Position numbers and translations under genes: made by a program. The notes below the pieces were generated by a model. That model did not search any database, had not been told where the DNA came from, and saw only the letters and a list, made by a program, of their open reading frames with translations. From positions 558,001 to 622,000 of the forward strand of contig JAUPSS010000001.1 in the NCBI GenBank assembly GCA_040285825.1: DNA of 64,000 nucleotides, given 5' to 3'. The DNA comes from Eukaryota sp. TZLM1-RC. Lineage: Eukaryota; Protista; Metamonada: BaSk clade. Below are positions 10,365 through 22,760 of the stretch, piece by piece; positions within the stretch are counted from its first letter, which is position 1; every line of letters begins with the position of its first letter.

Positions 10365-11567
10365 ATGACTCGTAAGTCTAGATCTTCCAGTCTCAGTTCA
10401 TCTCCGTCGCCGCTTTTTCGTGGTTGTTTCCCTAATGTTTCAACATCAACTGTTTCATCCATTGTGAGAAGGAAAAGCAGTGGACGTCTTCGTGTTTCTT
10501 CCCAACCGCTTTTCACTGTTTCCAATTACAACTTTCTAAAAAGGATAGCATCTCTAAATTATGGAGACTCTATCTGGTTGGTTCATTGGAAAAACACCAA
10601 CCATAAGTATGCCATTAAGCGGCTCACTATTCCCCTTGGATCAATGGAAACCAGTCTTCTAAAGTCAGATTCTTTTCGGAAACTTTCCCAACTTGAATCG
10701 GAAATTGCTGTTTGTGAAAGACTGTCACAACAAAACCACTCAAACATAGTCCCAATCCATGAAGTCTTTCGTCATTCTGATGTCTACTATATCGTTATGA
10801 ATTACATGAATGGTGGACCTTTAATGGATGATTCTGTTAAATCGCTGTCGTCACTGAATCCATTGAAACTGTGGCGATATACCAGAGACTTGATTGCAGG
10901 TCTAGGCCATCTCCATGACATCAAGATTGTTCATCGTGATATTAAACCCTCCAACTGCTTGCTAGATCACAAAGACCGCCTCCGAATTGCTGATTTTGGT
11001 CTTTCCGTGGATATTTCCGATCAGCAAGACGATACCCTCTCCCGATCCAGCTCAACACCAGATTGTACCTCTGTCGCATTCACTCCACCTGAGATTGTAC
11101 TTAACGCTGAGGAATGGTCTGGCTTTGCCGAAGATGTTTACGCTGCTGGTGTTACTATCTTCATTATGGCTTTTGGTAGACTTCCTTTCAAAGGGGACAC
11201 TGTTCAACTCTTGCAAGAAATAGCATATTCGGAGGTTGAGTTCCCAAGTGAAGTTGATCCATTGTTGGTAGACTTGCTGAAAGGAATGATGAACAAAGAT
11301 CCATGCAAAAGGATCAGTATTGGAGAAATCAAATGCCATCCCTTTATCACCAAGAATGGTTCTTCTCCCTTTGCGGGTACGAAACAAATTTACCACGCAT
11401 CACCAGCTACATCTTCCAATACTAACCATGAAACCAAGACGTTGGGGTTGTTTGTGCCCGAGTGTCTGAAACATGAGTTGTCTGAAGCTGAATCTTCTCT
11501 TGGATTCAGTGAGTTTTCCTCCGAATTAACAGTGGAATATCACGAAACTCACAGTGAGTTTGAGTAA
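10365..11567 (+). CDS. Ser/Thr protein kinase, CAMKK-like
   Basis: YAIK, HRDIKPSNCL, IADFG, AFTPPE, DVYAAGVT.F.MAFG.LPF and H.FIT motifs; glycine loop is degenerate. Confidence 0.85.
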   Translation: MTRKSRSSSLSSSPSPLFRGCFPNVSTSTVSSIVRRKSSGRLRVSSQPLFTVSNYNFLKRIASLNYGDSIWLVHWKNTNHKYAIKRLTIPLGSMETSLLKSDSFRKLSQLESEIAVCERLSQQNHSNIVPIHEVFRHSDVYYIVMNYMNGGPLMDDSVKSLSSLNPLKLWRYTRDLIAGLGHLHDIKIVHRDIKPSNCLLDHKDRLRIADFGLSVDISDQQDDTLSRSSSTPDCTSVAFTPPEIVLNAEEWSGFAEDVYAAGVTIFIMAFGRLPFKGDTVQLLQEIAYSEVEFPSEVDPLLVDLLKGMMNKDPCKRISIGEIKCHPFITKNGSSPFAGTKQIYHASPATSSNTNHETKTLGLFVPECLKHELSEAESSLGFSEFSSELTVEYHETHSEFE

Positions 11568-12073
11568 TTGTTGAATACTTTTTTGCTTGCGGCTTTAGTC
11601 TTTTTAGTCTTTTTGTTATTTTTTGGTCTTGCTTGTTGAACAAATCGAAAACTTTTGTTTTAAGTATAAATGAGCCAGTTACACCATTTTTTCATAGAAT
11701 TTTGTAGTTGATTTTGTGTTCCATTCTATAGGGAATCAACATATACAGCAACTTCCATTTTGATTGGTATTGAAATGTTTTTGAAAAATTTCCAAAAATC
11801 AATGGAACTCAATTTGATTATTGGCAATACCGACCAGGTAGAGTTTGTGTTTGTACATGTTGAGCAGATATTTCCATTACCGCACCGATCAAAACTGCAA
11901 AATTCTATTTGAATTTAGTGATGCCATTTTATATGTAAGAATTTTGATTGCTTATATTAACCAAAATCAATACCAGTATGAGTACCAGTATGAGCTTAGT
12001 CTGGAAAATAATCAATATTATTTTGCAAACAAGCTCACTGTCGAGAATACTAAAGCTAAGATAACGAGAGCAT

Positions 12074-12130
12074 AAACTAATAAAACTAATAAAACTAATA
12101 AAACTAACTAAAACTAACTAAAATTAACCA
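12074..12130. repeat. Short tandem repeat (AAAACTAAT/AAAACTAACT)n
   Basis: Direct reading; lies in the 3' flank of the helicase gene. Confidence 0.7.
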
Positions 12131-12131
12131 A

Positions 12132-14165
12132 TTAATCAGCATTTACAAAGTACGATGGCACAACTTCTGGCAGCCAAGCCTCCTCCAATTCACTTACGAA
12201 CCTCATGTAAACCTTTGATGTAAGCACTAATTCAGAGAACAAAATCCATTGAGGTCTGGTTCTTCCTTTTGTTAACAAAACGCTAGTGGGATGGATAGAA
12301 GCTTCCTGACCCTTACCAAAGGTTGTGTAAGTTTTCTGATCAAGAGCAAGCTGAGCAACCTTCAGGAAATACCCTGCTAATAAACTCTTCCTAATTTCGA
12401 TATTTTCTACTTCTGCGGTGTAATTATGCCCTTGATCAGCAGATTTAACAAGGTTGGAATCAATACAATATTTGATTAATTGATGATAAACTTGTAAAGA
12501 ATGACTCAACCCTTTCCAACTAATAGAATTTCTATAACACCAAGCTTTAGCTCTCTTCTCTGCATTGGGGGTGAGTTCTTGCTTCCTAGTTGCAACATTC
12601 GCCCTAAACTTTAACTTACACTCAGTGACAAATTGACGATACAACTTTAATAACATGCAGTGATCACCAGAAACATCAATAAACCTATTTCTGGTGGAAA
12701 TTCCATCTTGCGTTTCAAGGATTAAATGTTCTGCGGACATTAGACTAATAATTGCAACAACTTCTTTCAAAACATTTCTTTCTGCAGCGAAAAGAAGAGC
12801 CCTAGACAAATAGACATTGACTGGGAAGGTGGCCATCAATTTTCCTTGATCTAACAGCTTTCCCGTCCAAGTAGTACCTTTTCGCACCCGTTTCACTGCA
12901 CCCATTACGTCTAAAACCGCCAAAGCTTCATTAATTGTTTGTGGATCAATACTAGAAAGTAATTCCAATTGTGAGATATCAACTCCAATTACTAACAAAG
13001 ACAACACCACTGAACACAAATCACTTCTTTCAATCTCAGGAACTTCCACTTCTTCCAAGGTCTTGACCACATCTTCCTGAAACAACCTAAAACACTTCCC
13101 AACACCTTCTCTGCCCGCTCTACCCTTCCTTTGGGTCAGGGAGGCCTTGGAGACTGGCTTTGTTTTAAGAATATCAATGCCAGTATTTGGGTGGAAAATT
13201 CGTTGCTTACATAGACCAGAGTCAATTACAAAACGAACGCCAGGAATTGTCAGTGAAGTTTCAGCTATATTAGTGGCAATAATAATTTTTCTTTTATCTT
13301 TTGGAGTTGTTTCAAAAACCTTATTCTGCTCTTCTGGTGGCAATGCGGCGTATAAGGGACAGACAAGTAATTCATCAATCATATCTTCGGGTTGTTCAAT
13401 ATTATGCTTAACAATGACTTCATTCTTGGCTCTCAAACCTGTAACAACTGATTCAATATCATCTTGACCAGGCAGGAAACACAACACATCACCCTTCTCC
13501 TCATCTAAATGAGCTTGCACTACTGCGATGACCATTGCAGAGACGTAATCATCTTCGGGGGTGGGGGTGTAATAAATATCGACTGGAAACATTCTACCTT
13601 CTACTTCGAAAACTGCTGAATTAAAAAAAGAAATAAATGATTCAGCATGGATAGTTGCAGACATTATAATGGTTTTGATTGGTGATTTACGCTTTTTAAG
13701 CTTGTATAAATTCTTAATCAATCCCATTAGTATTTCAGAGGCGATGCTTCTTTCATGTGCTTCATCGATAATAACTACATCATATCTATTGAGCATGGGA
13801 TCCAGCATCATTTCACGAAGTAGCATACCGTCGGTGACAAATTTAATGCGAGTCTTGTCAGATGAAAGTTCCTCAAAACGGACAGAATAGCCTACTTCCT
13901 CGCCAAGTTGGACACCCATTTCATAGGCAACACGCTTGGCAAGGGATACAGCGGCTACTCTACGGGGCTGAGTAATACATATGCGAAGATTGGAGGGAAT
14001 GTATTGGGGAACTTGAGTGGACTTACCACAGCCTGTTTCACCAATAACAACTATGGAATCATTATTATCGAATAGTGAAATGAAGTCTTGCTTATATTTG
14101 TATATAGGTAGAGACCGCTTAAAGCGTGTAATGTGTTTGGGAATCTTGGATGATGTGTTTGTCAT
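12132..14165 (-). CDS. DHX33: DEAH-box RNA helicase, DHX33/Dhr2-like (alternative start 14225)
   Basis: GETGCGKSTQ, TQPRRVAA, DEAH, SAT, TNIAETSLT and QRKGRAGR, then HA2 and OB-NTP regions; no long N-terminal extension. Subfamily is inferred. Confidence 0.85.
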   Translation of the reverse strand: MTNTSSKIPKHITRFKRSLPIYKYKQDFISLFDNNDSIVVIGETGCGKSTQVPQYIPSNLRICITQPRRVAAVSLAKRVAYEMGVQLGEEVGYSVRFEELSSDKTRIKFVTDGMLLREMMLDPMLNRYDVVIIDEAHERSIASEILMGLIKNLYKLKKRKSPIKTIIMSATIHAESFISFFNSAVFEVEGRMFPVDIYYTPTPEDDYVSAMVIAVVQAHLDEEKGDVLCFLPGQDDIESVVTGLRAKNEVIVKHNIEQPEDMIDELLVCPLYAALPPEEQNKVFETTPKDKRKIIIATNIAETSLTIPGVRFVIDSGLCKQRIFHPNTGIDILKTKPVSKASLTQRKGRAGREGVGKCFRLFQEDVVKTLEEVEVPEIERSDLCSVVLSLLVIGVDISQLELLSSIDPQTINEALAVLDVMGAVKRVRKGTTWTGKLLDQGKLMATFPVNVYLSRALLFAAERNVLKEVVAIISLMSAEHLILETQDGISTRNRFIDVSGDHCMLLKLYRQFVTECKLKFRANVATRKQELTPNAEKRAKAWCYRNSISWKGLSHSLQVYHQLIKYCIDSNLVKSADQGHNYTAEVENIEIRKSLLAGYFLKVAQLALDQKTYTTFGKGQEASIHPTSVLLTKGRTRPQWILFSELVLTSKVYMRFVSELEEAWLPEVVPSYFVNAD

Positions 14166-14571
14166 GTAATGTTTAGGTAGTATTAAGTTGTTTGTTTTAA
14201 GAAAAGTTGTAATTATCATTTGCATTTCTAATATTTTGGATAGTGACCACTGCTTATCAAACGTTACTCTTTTTGCCTTTCATGTGGATGTTCTTCTGTT
14301 GACTCCCGCAATACTACTAACTATTGACGATATGCTACGGTTCAAGTCACAAACGAAACAGAACAACGACTCAGGAATTGGGAGAATTTGTACTATAAAC
14401 AGCTGTCACCATCTCTAAGTCAAAATAAAATTTATATCATTTATCGTGACATGGTCACAATCAATCGAATTGTTTCAAAAGCAGAATGAAGTTTTTTTAG
14501 TTTTTCTGTTACATTAGCGTGATTCCTGAAATGAAATCTCCATTCAGATGTGTGGGAAACAATATACCAAA

Positions 14572-14652
14572 TGACAGTGGTGGGGATCGAACCCACGCGC
14601 ATTGCTGCACTGCGGCCTAAACACAGCTCCGTAACCACTTGGATACACTGTC
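14572..14652 (-). tRNA. tRNA-Leu (anticodon UAG)
   Basis: GACAGTG/CACTGTC acceptor stem, CTGTG-TTTAGGC-CGCAG anticodon arm, long variable arm, GTGGG-TTCGATC-CCCAC T arm. Confidence 0.95.
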
Positions 14653-15703
14653 CATTGCCAAAAATCTACTGACTACATGACTTTTTCACTGACGAACATA
14701 GACTTGTGAATTAATAATTTCCATATTGGAATAGTCAAAAATATAACATTATAACGATATATAATTAATAGTCTTAATTTTCAACAGTCGACGGTGATAA
14801 GGTTTTTGAATAAAAAATCGAATTAGAGTAGACTAAACGTGCGCCGACTGCTTCTGTGTGGCGTCAAGCTGAGTCAAATCACGTTCAACACCAAGTATAG
14901 AGTAAAACATATCGATAAATCCCAACTTTACATTTTGGAATCCCGAAGTTCCTGAATTCCAGCATTTTTGATTCCAGAAGGAGGAGTTACAAAATTGCAA
15001 TTCTGCTATCACAAAAATAATTCCATGAATTTCAACAATTCCACAATTTTAATTAGAATTCTGGAATAACCATGTCTGAAACGCTGTGTCAAAATAGTAG
15101 TCCAGCAGTCGCTATCGGAATTACATAAATTTTGGGAATATTGGCAGACAAATAGAGATAGGAAATTTCAAATTTTCGATTTTGATTGCCTCCTTTTCAT
15201 CTCTCAATTTTCTGGATTAAAGACCTATTGTCACGTGATGGGACCAAGCGACAGATTCTGCATCAGGGCATTGTATGAACAACCCATTTGTAGTGAGCAA
15301 CATATTGCAATTGATACCGTGTTCGAGGAAGAAGTGGGTGGAAAAACAGTGGGATTTTTGGGGATTTTTTCGAAAAAAAATTCAATTCTATTTGTACCAC
15401 TGTTTTTCCGTACCTGAAAATACAAGCATATGTAAGGTATGCTGACTAACGTTCTTGGCGGTTTATTTGTTGGTATAATTATGCAAAACACATAGAGTAT
15501 AAACTAATTTATAACAGTTTTAATTACTGGTGGATGTGTTCCTGAACTCTGACATTTGAATAAAAAGGTAGATCCAGTTGAGTTCACATTGGCAGGTGAA
15601 AAAACAATATTGGGATTTTTGCCAGAACATCCCATAATCATTTACACTCATTATTTGCATTACTTCCGCTGTTTTTACACCCAATCTTTCCGCAATTGCA
15701 GTA

Positions 15704-15784
15704 GACAGTGTATCCAAGTGGTTACGGAGCTGTGTTTAGGCCGCAGTGCAGAAATGCGCGTGGGTTCGATCCCCACCACTGTCA
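15704..15784 (+). tRNA. tRNA-Leu (anticodon UAG)
   Basis: Same cloverleaf as 14572-14652 with one variable-loop difference; followed by TTTT (Pol III terminator). Confidence 0.95.
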
Positions 15785-16044
15785 TTTTGTTTGAGTCCCT
15801 ATCCCACTGTGAATTTCACAGCTTTTAGAAATCTTTGACAATTTTTGCTGCATTGTTTACAGCAAAACTGCAAATTAAAAAGAGATTGATGGATCTGAAA
15901 TTCCTTGAATTGTTTGGTGGAAACATTTGGGTTAGATTTGGTGTGGCAATCTTTCAAGCTCAGAAGACAACTCATTCAAATATTGACTGGGATTTGGATT
16001 TAACAAATGAGAATCTTCATAAAATCTACGAGAAAATCCTTAAA

Positions 16045-16285
16045 TAAAATTTCCCCCACACAAAAATAGAAGATTTTGCAAATTTAATATCTCCATAATT
16101 TGCTGCAGAAAATAAATGATTTTTCAACATTCCCCGATCTACATCCAATAAATCAGCAAAGAATTCTGTCCTTAATATATTAAAGGGACGACAAAAATCT
16201 AGTGCTATGGACGGAGCACAAAACCTCAAAATATGGGTTATTCTCCCAGTATTGCAAATTATAAGCAGGTAATATTTAATAAACA
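16045..16285 (-). mobile_element. Non-LTR retrotransposon family A fragment (post-RT region)
   Basis: ICNTGRITHILRFCAPSIALDFCR.FN.LRT.FFADLLDV; homologous to 17880-18080. Confidence 0.8.
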
Positions 16286-16433
16286 AAATAATTGGTTCAA
16301 TAAAGAGTTTCTATTGGAAAAGATTTGTTATTCTATTTGAATCATCAACCACAATTTCAACGACATTTTGCATTATTTCAATCCTACATTTGCAACAAAT
16401 CATTACTATTCTCTATTGGTTTGGTGGTACCGA

Positions 16434-17078
16434 ATGTCATTTCACCAGTGTCCATGCTGTGAAATGTCACGCTTACATTGTCCTTATGATGTTGTACTAG
16501 CCTCTTCTTCTCCAAGGCGACGGGATATACTCTCGCAACTGTTCCCCAATCTCAAAATAATTCCTTCTGATTTTGATGAAGACTCAGTGACCATTGAAAA
16601 TCCAATAGATCTTGTCCTAGAATTGTCACGTAAAAAAGCGTTTACTGTTGCTACAAAGCCTGAAACATGTAATTCCATACTAATTGCGACAGACACTGTA
16701 GTTGTGTTGGACAACGTAGTCTTGGGCAAACCTTCATCCCCAGAGATGGCTTCCCAAATGCTGAATTCTCTGTCAGGTAGGTCCCATGAAGTGATTTCTG
16801 GTATCACATTAGCTTACCATCAGCCAGATGGAACATTGCAACATCAGTCATTTACTGCAACTTCAAAGGTTTTCTTCAAGAAGTTGAACCAAGAACAGAT
16901 CGATCAGTATGTGGATACCGGTTGTCCATTTGATAAAGCCGGGGGTTATGGCATTCAAACTGAATTGGGTTCAAAGTTGGTAGATTCTTTTGATGGCTGT
17001 TTTCTGAATATAGTTGGTTTTCCTGTCGGTACTTTTAGAAAACGGTTCTTACAGTTTGTAGGTGAAGTTTGTGCTTAG
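16434..17078 (+). CDS. Maf/YhdE family nucleoside triphosphate pyrophosphatase
   Basis: VLASSSPRR, FDE, ATDTVV..D..VLGKP, LSGRSHEVISG, DKAGGYGIQ, NIVGFP. Confidence 0.92.
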   Translation: MSFHQCPCCEMSRLHCPYDVVLASSSPRRRDILSQLFPNLKIIPSDFDEDSVTIENPIDLVLELSRKKAFTVATKPETCNSILIATDTVVVLDNVVLGKPSSPEMASQMLNSLSGRSHEVISGITLAYHQPDGTLQHQSFTATSKVFFKKLNQEQIDQYVDTGCPFDKAGGYGIQTELGSKLVDSFDGCFLNIVGFPVGTFRKRFLQFVGEVCA

Positions 17079-17249
17079 TCTAGCCATAAATTAACAGCAA
17101 TATATTTTCTTATCAATTTTTTCATAGTTTTTGACAATGTAGCTAGATTGTAGTTGGTAAAATTTACCCAATTGTTGTTTAAAAAAAATTAATGTATGTT
17201 TTTAGTGCTTGAAACTTAATTTCAAAATAATTATCTTTAATGTTTAATG

Positions 17250-19150
17250 ATTGGGTGGAATTGGCTTCACCAAATTTTCGATTTTGATTAAAGCAGCATT
17301 TTAGGAGCTGGTAAAAATTCTGTTTTTGAAATTCTTCAAAGGTTCCCTTCTGATGTTAATATGATCAATGGTGTTTTTTCTACCAATTTTATGGTAAACA
17401 ATCAGATTTAATATTTGATTCATTTGGTCTAAAATCATCTTTTGGTGTGAAACAAGGTGATCCTTTAAGGTATTGTTTTGTTTAGCTATTCATAAAACTT
17501 TAAATATCATTAAGCAAAAACACCCTTCTATAAAAATAGTTGCTTTTATGGATGATATATCCTTGATTGGTTCATTTGATTAACGAGAATTGGTTGCTCA
17601 AGAAATTGCCGATTCATATGGAAATATTGGGCTTCATCTTAATGCGAGCAAATGCCTTCTGATTGGCTCTTCTGCTCAAGATCTTGTGATAAACGATTCT
17701 GTTGTCCCTGTTACCAATTATAGTAGTGATGCTTTTCAGTTCCTTGGTTATTGGTTAGAAACGTGCCTCAAATTCAACATGAATTACAATTTATTTTGGA
17801 GAAAATGAAAATTGAACTTTATCCAATTTCTTCTTTAGATCTAGAAACACATATCAAATTTTTCATGCTTAAAATTTGGTACACTGGGAGAATAACCCAC
17901 ATTTTGAGATCTTGTGCTCCTTCCATAGCAATAGATTTTTGTCGTTCTTTTAATTCATTGAGAACAGGATTCTTTGCTGATTTATTGGATGTAGAATCAA
18001 AAATGTTGAAAAGTCACTTATTTTCTTCAGCAAATTTGGGTAGTATTGGATTTACTAAATCTTTTATATTGTGTCAAGCAGCATTTTTGGGTGGAGGCAA
18101 GAATGTTATTTATGAAGTTTCTCGTAGATTTCTTGATGATTCACATCTGTTAGTTCCCAGTTGCAGTCCATATTTGAATGAGTTATCTTGTGAGCTTGAC
18201 AAATTGCCACCACAAATTTGGACCAAATGTTTTCCTCAAGTAATTCAAGTAATTCCAAACCGATCTCTTTTTAATTTACAGTTTTGCTGTAAAAAGCTTC
18301 AACCAAAATCGTCAAAGATTTTTGAAAACTTGGATTTTGATGTGATGGACAAGATATGTGTATTAGTACTTCTTCTTTCTTAGTAACAACAATTCCCCAA
18401 GTTTATGGTACTCTCTTAACTGATTATGCTTGGACTTTGAATATAAGAGTTCGTTCTTTTATCTGGCCTGATAATTTACTTCATAATTTAATTTGTAAAT
18501 GTTTTCGCAAAAATGCAATTACTCATTTGTTAAATTGTAAACATTTTATTACTTTTAGCAGCAAGTTTCACGATGCTGTAAGAGATAATTTATATTGTAT
18601 GTGTAAGTCTCATAGAATTGAATCCTTTTTGGAACCTCTGTTGTCAAATCTGTTTGATACTGATAATTTTCATAAGAATAATAGAGGTATTGTTATTTTA
18701 CGTGGATTAGATGGAAACTTAATTTTATTGGATGTAATGTCTGTTGATCCTTGTAATGCCTCAAATGAAAGGCTCGTTAATTCTGAAATTCACAATACTC
18801 TTTCAAATGGTGAAAATTTCAAAAATCAAAAAATACAATGAACGCTTGTCCAAATTGGCCAGTCAACAACACGCAAAATACAATTTGTATCTATTTATAT
18901 TTTATCTATTTGATTCACTTGCTCCCAAGGCTATACGTTTTTTGGCAAATATTGAAATGATTGTAAAGAGAAGAACTAACAGATATTTTAACAAATTGTT
19001 TTGGCAGAAAAGAATTGTGTTTTCTAATTTTAAGGGGATGTTGAAGATGGTTTCTGATGCTTCGCTTTCTCTTGGATCTTATCATGAGAGAATGGCATCT
19101 AGTGTTTTTGTTCTGGGAGAGATGGATTTTTTAGATGTTGATTTATTGGT
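17250..19150 (+). mobile_element. Non-LTR retrotransposon (RT + zinc knuckle + RLE; CRE/R2-like), family A, frameshifted
   Basis: RT motifs GVKQGDPL and AFMDD at ~17445-17560, FLG, RITHILR, CKC..H...C knuckle, HDAVRD, RG..I....LLDV endonuclease motif, ending MDFLDVDL. Confidence 0.9.
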
Positions 19151-19199
19151 TTTCCATAAAATTGATAATGTAAAAAAATTTGCCGAATCATTTAACATG

Positions 19200-19910
19200 T
19201 AAATGTGGTATATCTCTGTTGTTTACTCATCTTTTGCAACTATTGGCATTTTAATACATTTAAAAGCAAAGTGCATAATATTGCCAGGGACCAAATTTAT
19301 GTAATGTCCAAATCATATCGAGTAGATTCCTTTTTAGAGCCTTTGCTAACAAAATTAATTCTTGATGACCCCAATATTGATAGTACGCGTTATAACAGAG
19401 CTTCTATGGGTTTTGCATGAGGTGTGTTGGTTGTTTCTGGATTAAATTGAAGCTGTACCATTTAGATGCCATGTCCACGGACCCTGTAATACTTCTATCG
19501 AACAATTCATTCATTCAGATGTCAATAACATTCTTCTGGATGGTGAAAAACACAAAATTGTAAAACGAAACCTATTTGTTCCGTCAATGAAAATTATCAC
19601 GCCCAATATAATTTATGTCCCTTTGTTGTTTCCTTGATCGGATCATTAGGTATGGCTGCTTTGGCTTTCCCTGAAGATTTTCATGTAGTTGTAAAGGAAT
19701 GGACTGGAAGAATTTTCAATCGTGTTTACTGGCAAAACGGGATTGTATTTTCTATGTAAGAAAATGGAGAAAATAGTTTCTGATTGACTTTCTTCTTTTG
19801 GAAAATTTTGTGAATTAGTAATAAACTGTTTCAATGCAGGGGAGGCAGGTTTTGAGGAGCTTTAGTTGTGTATTTGATGATTTCTTATTCCTTATTTAAT
19901 AAAATGAATG
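19200..19910 (+). mobile_element. Non-LTR retrotransposon family B 3' fragment
   Basis: HFNTFKSKVHNIARDQIYVMSKSYRVDSFLEPLL...RIFNRVYWQN...GEAGFEEL; homologous to 62560-63250. Confidence 0.8.
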
Positions 19911-20022
19911 TTGCTTAATGTATCCTTTTGAGTTTATGTATTTGTCAATCAAACAATAGACCTTACTTGTGCCCTAGATATAGGCTGACATAGTATTACA
20001 ATGTTAATCTCCAGACATGATG

Positions 20023-20904
20023 CTACGGAGTTTTGGATAGCCAATCCCAAATGATGTGGTTTGTCTCTTCTGGATTTGTTTCAGCGGGACAATGACCTTC
20101 GCCTTCAATAACTACTATTGAAGTGTTCAGTAGCTCTTCCAACCACCTTCCTTCTTCTAACGGAACCACTGCATCCTTGTCTCCCCATATTATCAGTATT
20201 GGGAGATCCCCGATTGACCTTATTAAATCAACACCAATATCCTCACTTTGAGTTGCCATCATTTTAACTAAGCATTTATGTGTCTCGGGCATCTGTAGTG
20301 GAGTGAAGTGTCCTTCAATCTCTTCCTCAGTAGGTACCCTTCCATAAGCTTTAATTAGACTCCTTTCAAAGCGACTTCTTCTTTTGAGTACTGCTTTGGT
20401 AATTGGATAAATCAATGGTCTCAGTGGTCTCAAGCTGCATATGAATTTCGCTACAGGTGGAATGACTGGTTGTAGAGCCGGGGCAATAAAGATTAAACGT
20501 TCTATTTTGTGTTCTTTCTCCTTTTTCATCATTATTGCACTAGCACATCCCATTGAATGAGCAATAATTACCCATTTCAGGGTATCTGATATGCTATACT
20601 CTTGCTCTACATGTTGTATTACACCCCATAACAACCTGGCTCTATCATCATGACCATGAACAAAATTTGTACATCGACAGGATAGCCCAAAGCCAACCAT
20701 ATCAATGGCTAACACAAAGAAACCCTTTTCAGCAAGAAAGGGACCAAGGAACCTCCAATTGTATGTATTACCAAACATACCGTGGTTCAACAACACAAGT
20801 GTACAATCCCTAACAGCTTTGTTGGCTGGGATCCATCTTTCTGTATGTAGATCCAGTGAGTTTACTGTTAAATAATCTGAAGTGTGAGAATAGAGGAGGG
20901 ACAT
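20023..20904 (-). CDS. Alpha/beta fold hydrolase
   Basis: LNHGMFG, AIDMVGFGLS, AHSMG nucleophile elbow, WGDKDAVVP, GHCP. Confidence 0.92.
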   Translation of the reverse strand: MSLLYSHTSDYLTVNSLDLHTERWIPANKAVRDCTLVLLNHGMFGNTYNWRFLGPFLAEKGFFVLAIDMVGFGLSCRCTNFVHGHDDRARLLWGVIQHVEQEYSISDTLKWVIIAHSMGCASAIMMKKEKEHKIERLIFIAPALQPVIPPVAKFICSLRPLRPLIYPITKAVLKRRSRFERSLIKAYGRVPTEEEIEGHFTPLQMPETHKCLVKMMATQSEDIGVDLIRSIGDLPILIIWGDKDAVVPLEEGRWLEELLNTSIVVIEGEGHCPAETNPEETNHIIWDWLSKTP

Positions 20905-20974
20905 TATGTGCGAACTTACGAAGCTGTGCTTGGGGAATATATTTTCAGTTCAATTGTATCTATTGAACTTCAAC

Positions 20975-21330
20975 CCATGATTAAATTAAGTCAGAACTAT
21001 ATTCATTCAACCAAGATTTCTTCCACAAAATCCTGATCTGTATGTTTCCTCGCCTGTGCTTCTCTTATTCGATAAAAGAACCGAAGTAACCTATAAATTA
21101 TACCAAATTGAATTCGTGGCCATCAAATCTTTTCATTGTTTTTGTTGAACCATTTTTATCATTTAAAAAAGTTCCTGCTATTTGGGGATTCCAATGTACC
21201 AGAAATTAATGTTTAACTCTTTGCTTGCTCTTTCTTTTATTAAACATCTGAAACCTTCGAAAAAATTAATACCAGATATTCCAATGTTATCAAAAAGAGA
21301 AACAGCAAGGCATTCAATTTCAATCTGCAA
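20975..21330 (-). mobile_element. Non-LTR 3' fragments (family D tail ~20975-21170; family C piece ~21195-21330)
   Basis: CAACCAAGATTTCTTCCACAAAATCCTGATC is the D-type end; SLFDNIGISGINFFEGFRCLIKERASKELNINFW is C-type. Confidence 0.65.
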
Positions 21331-22184
21331 AGACACTGAATAGTCACTAAAATGTTCTATTAAATGTTTGATTTCAGGAAAACATTTCAAAAATAGTAAA
21401 CAATGGGAATATTGAATATTCCCAGTAAAAACCGCTGTGTATCTACGAATAGCATTGTCAAGTTTTTGATTGCAACATAAAGAGCTTAATGAAAAGGTAA
21501 CCAGTATGTTTAGGGATATCATCAAGATGGTCGCCTCATAAACACTTTGTCCTTTCGATTCATATTCACGAAGATCAGAATTTAAAACTCTGTTACGATC
21601 TATCAATTCAGCCTTTGTGAACGTGTAAAATAGATAAGGATTGGGGGTCAGAAATATGTTGCAAAGCCAGCCAGCTATGCCATGTATGAATGATGCTGCA
21701 GTGATGTGAAACAGGTGCACATCCGGACAAGCTTCTCTGTTCACTTTGATAAATATCAAGGGTAAGATAGCATCAGTCACTTCTTGCTGAGAGAAACATT
21801 CACGATTCATGATGTGACATCAATGGCAGGTAGAGTATCTGATTGAGAGAAATATCAATTTGTCTTGATTCTTGGCTTTGGAAATAGTGGAGTGATCCCT
21901 CAACATCCATTGAATAGATTATATTTCGCGTTGTTGAAGATAAGGCGAGTTCTGCATGGGTCAAATTTGCTTGAAACGTTCAATAAGAAAAGAACCAAAT
22001 GCAAGAAAGAAATCTACACAAATTGGTTGGTGTATAACAGGTTGAAAAAGACGCATTTCAGTGACTTTTGAAGCTCTGTTTTGAATATTGCAAGATGATT
22101 GTGAATAAGATATGTTATGTATAGGGGGCTGTTTTAAAAAATGGACAAATCCAAAAATGCTACAGATTCATTGTACTGAATTTC

Positions 22185-22715
22185 TTTTTTATTCATCTTA
22201 TACACTTGATAAAATTAACTCATAACTAATGGGACAAAATTCAATCAACCAAGTTTTCCTCAACAAAATCTTGATCTGCTTGCATCAATTGATATAATTT
22301 GGCTTGAATTTCAATACCATTAACTTAATTCTGTTGAAACTCTTGAATATTAAGTAAATGAAAAACATAGAAAATATGTATCAACGAAGCTAATGCTGAT
22401 AGAAATAGACCACTTGTATTTATTGCTGTTCCATTTTCTATAAACGGAAGACTATCAGTAGAAGCAGGGACTTTTTTGAATGATTTTCAAAAAATGGTTC
22501 AAGAAAAAACAATGAAAAGATTTTATACTTTTTTATGGCGCTCTCAGATTCAATTTGCCATTATTAATAGAATACTTCGGTTTTTCATTCGAATAAGAGA
22601 AGCTTTAGCTAGACAGCAGGCAGATCAAGATTTTGTAAAGATAATCTAGGTTGAATGAATTTCGTCCCATTAGTTATGAATTAATTAAATCAAATGTGGA
22701 TGTGTTATAAATAAT
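22185..22715. mobile_element. Two family D non-LTR 3' ends in opposite orientation (minus ~22185-22285; plus ~22330-22715)
   Basis: Plus copy encodes LVFIAVPFSINGRLSVEAGTFLNDFQKMVQEKTMKRF...ARQQADQDFV. Both carry the family 3' UTR GTCCCATTAGTTATGA.TTAAT. Confidence 0.8.
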
Positions 22716-22760
22716 TTTGAATATCGAGAAATCCCTCAAATTCAAACCCCTTTTTCAACA

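Noticed and set aside
14441-15828. Short ORFs containing VTELCLGRSA.MRVGSIPTTVI
   Set aside because: These are translations of the two tRNA-Leu genes.
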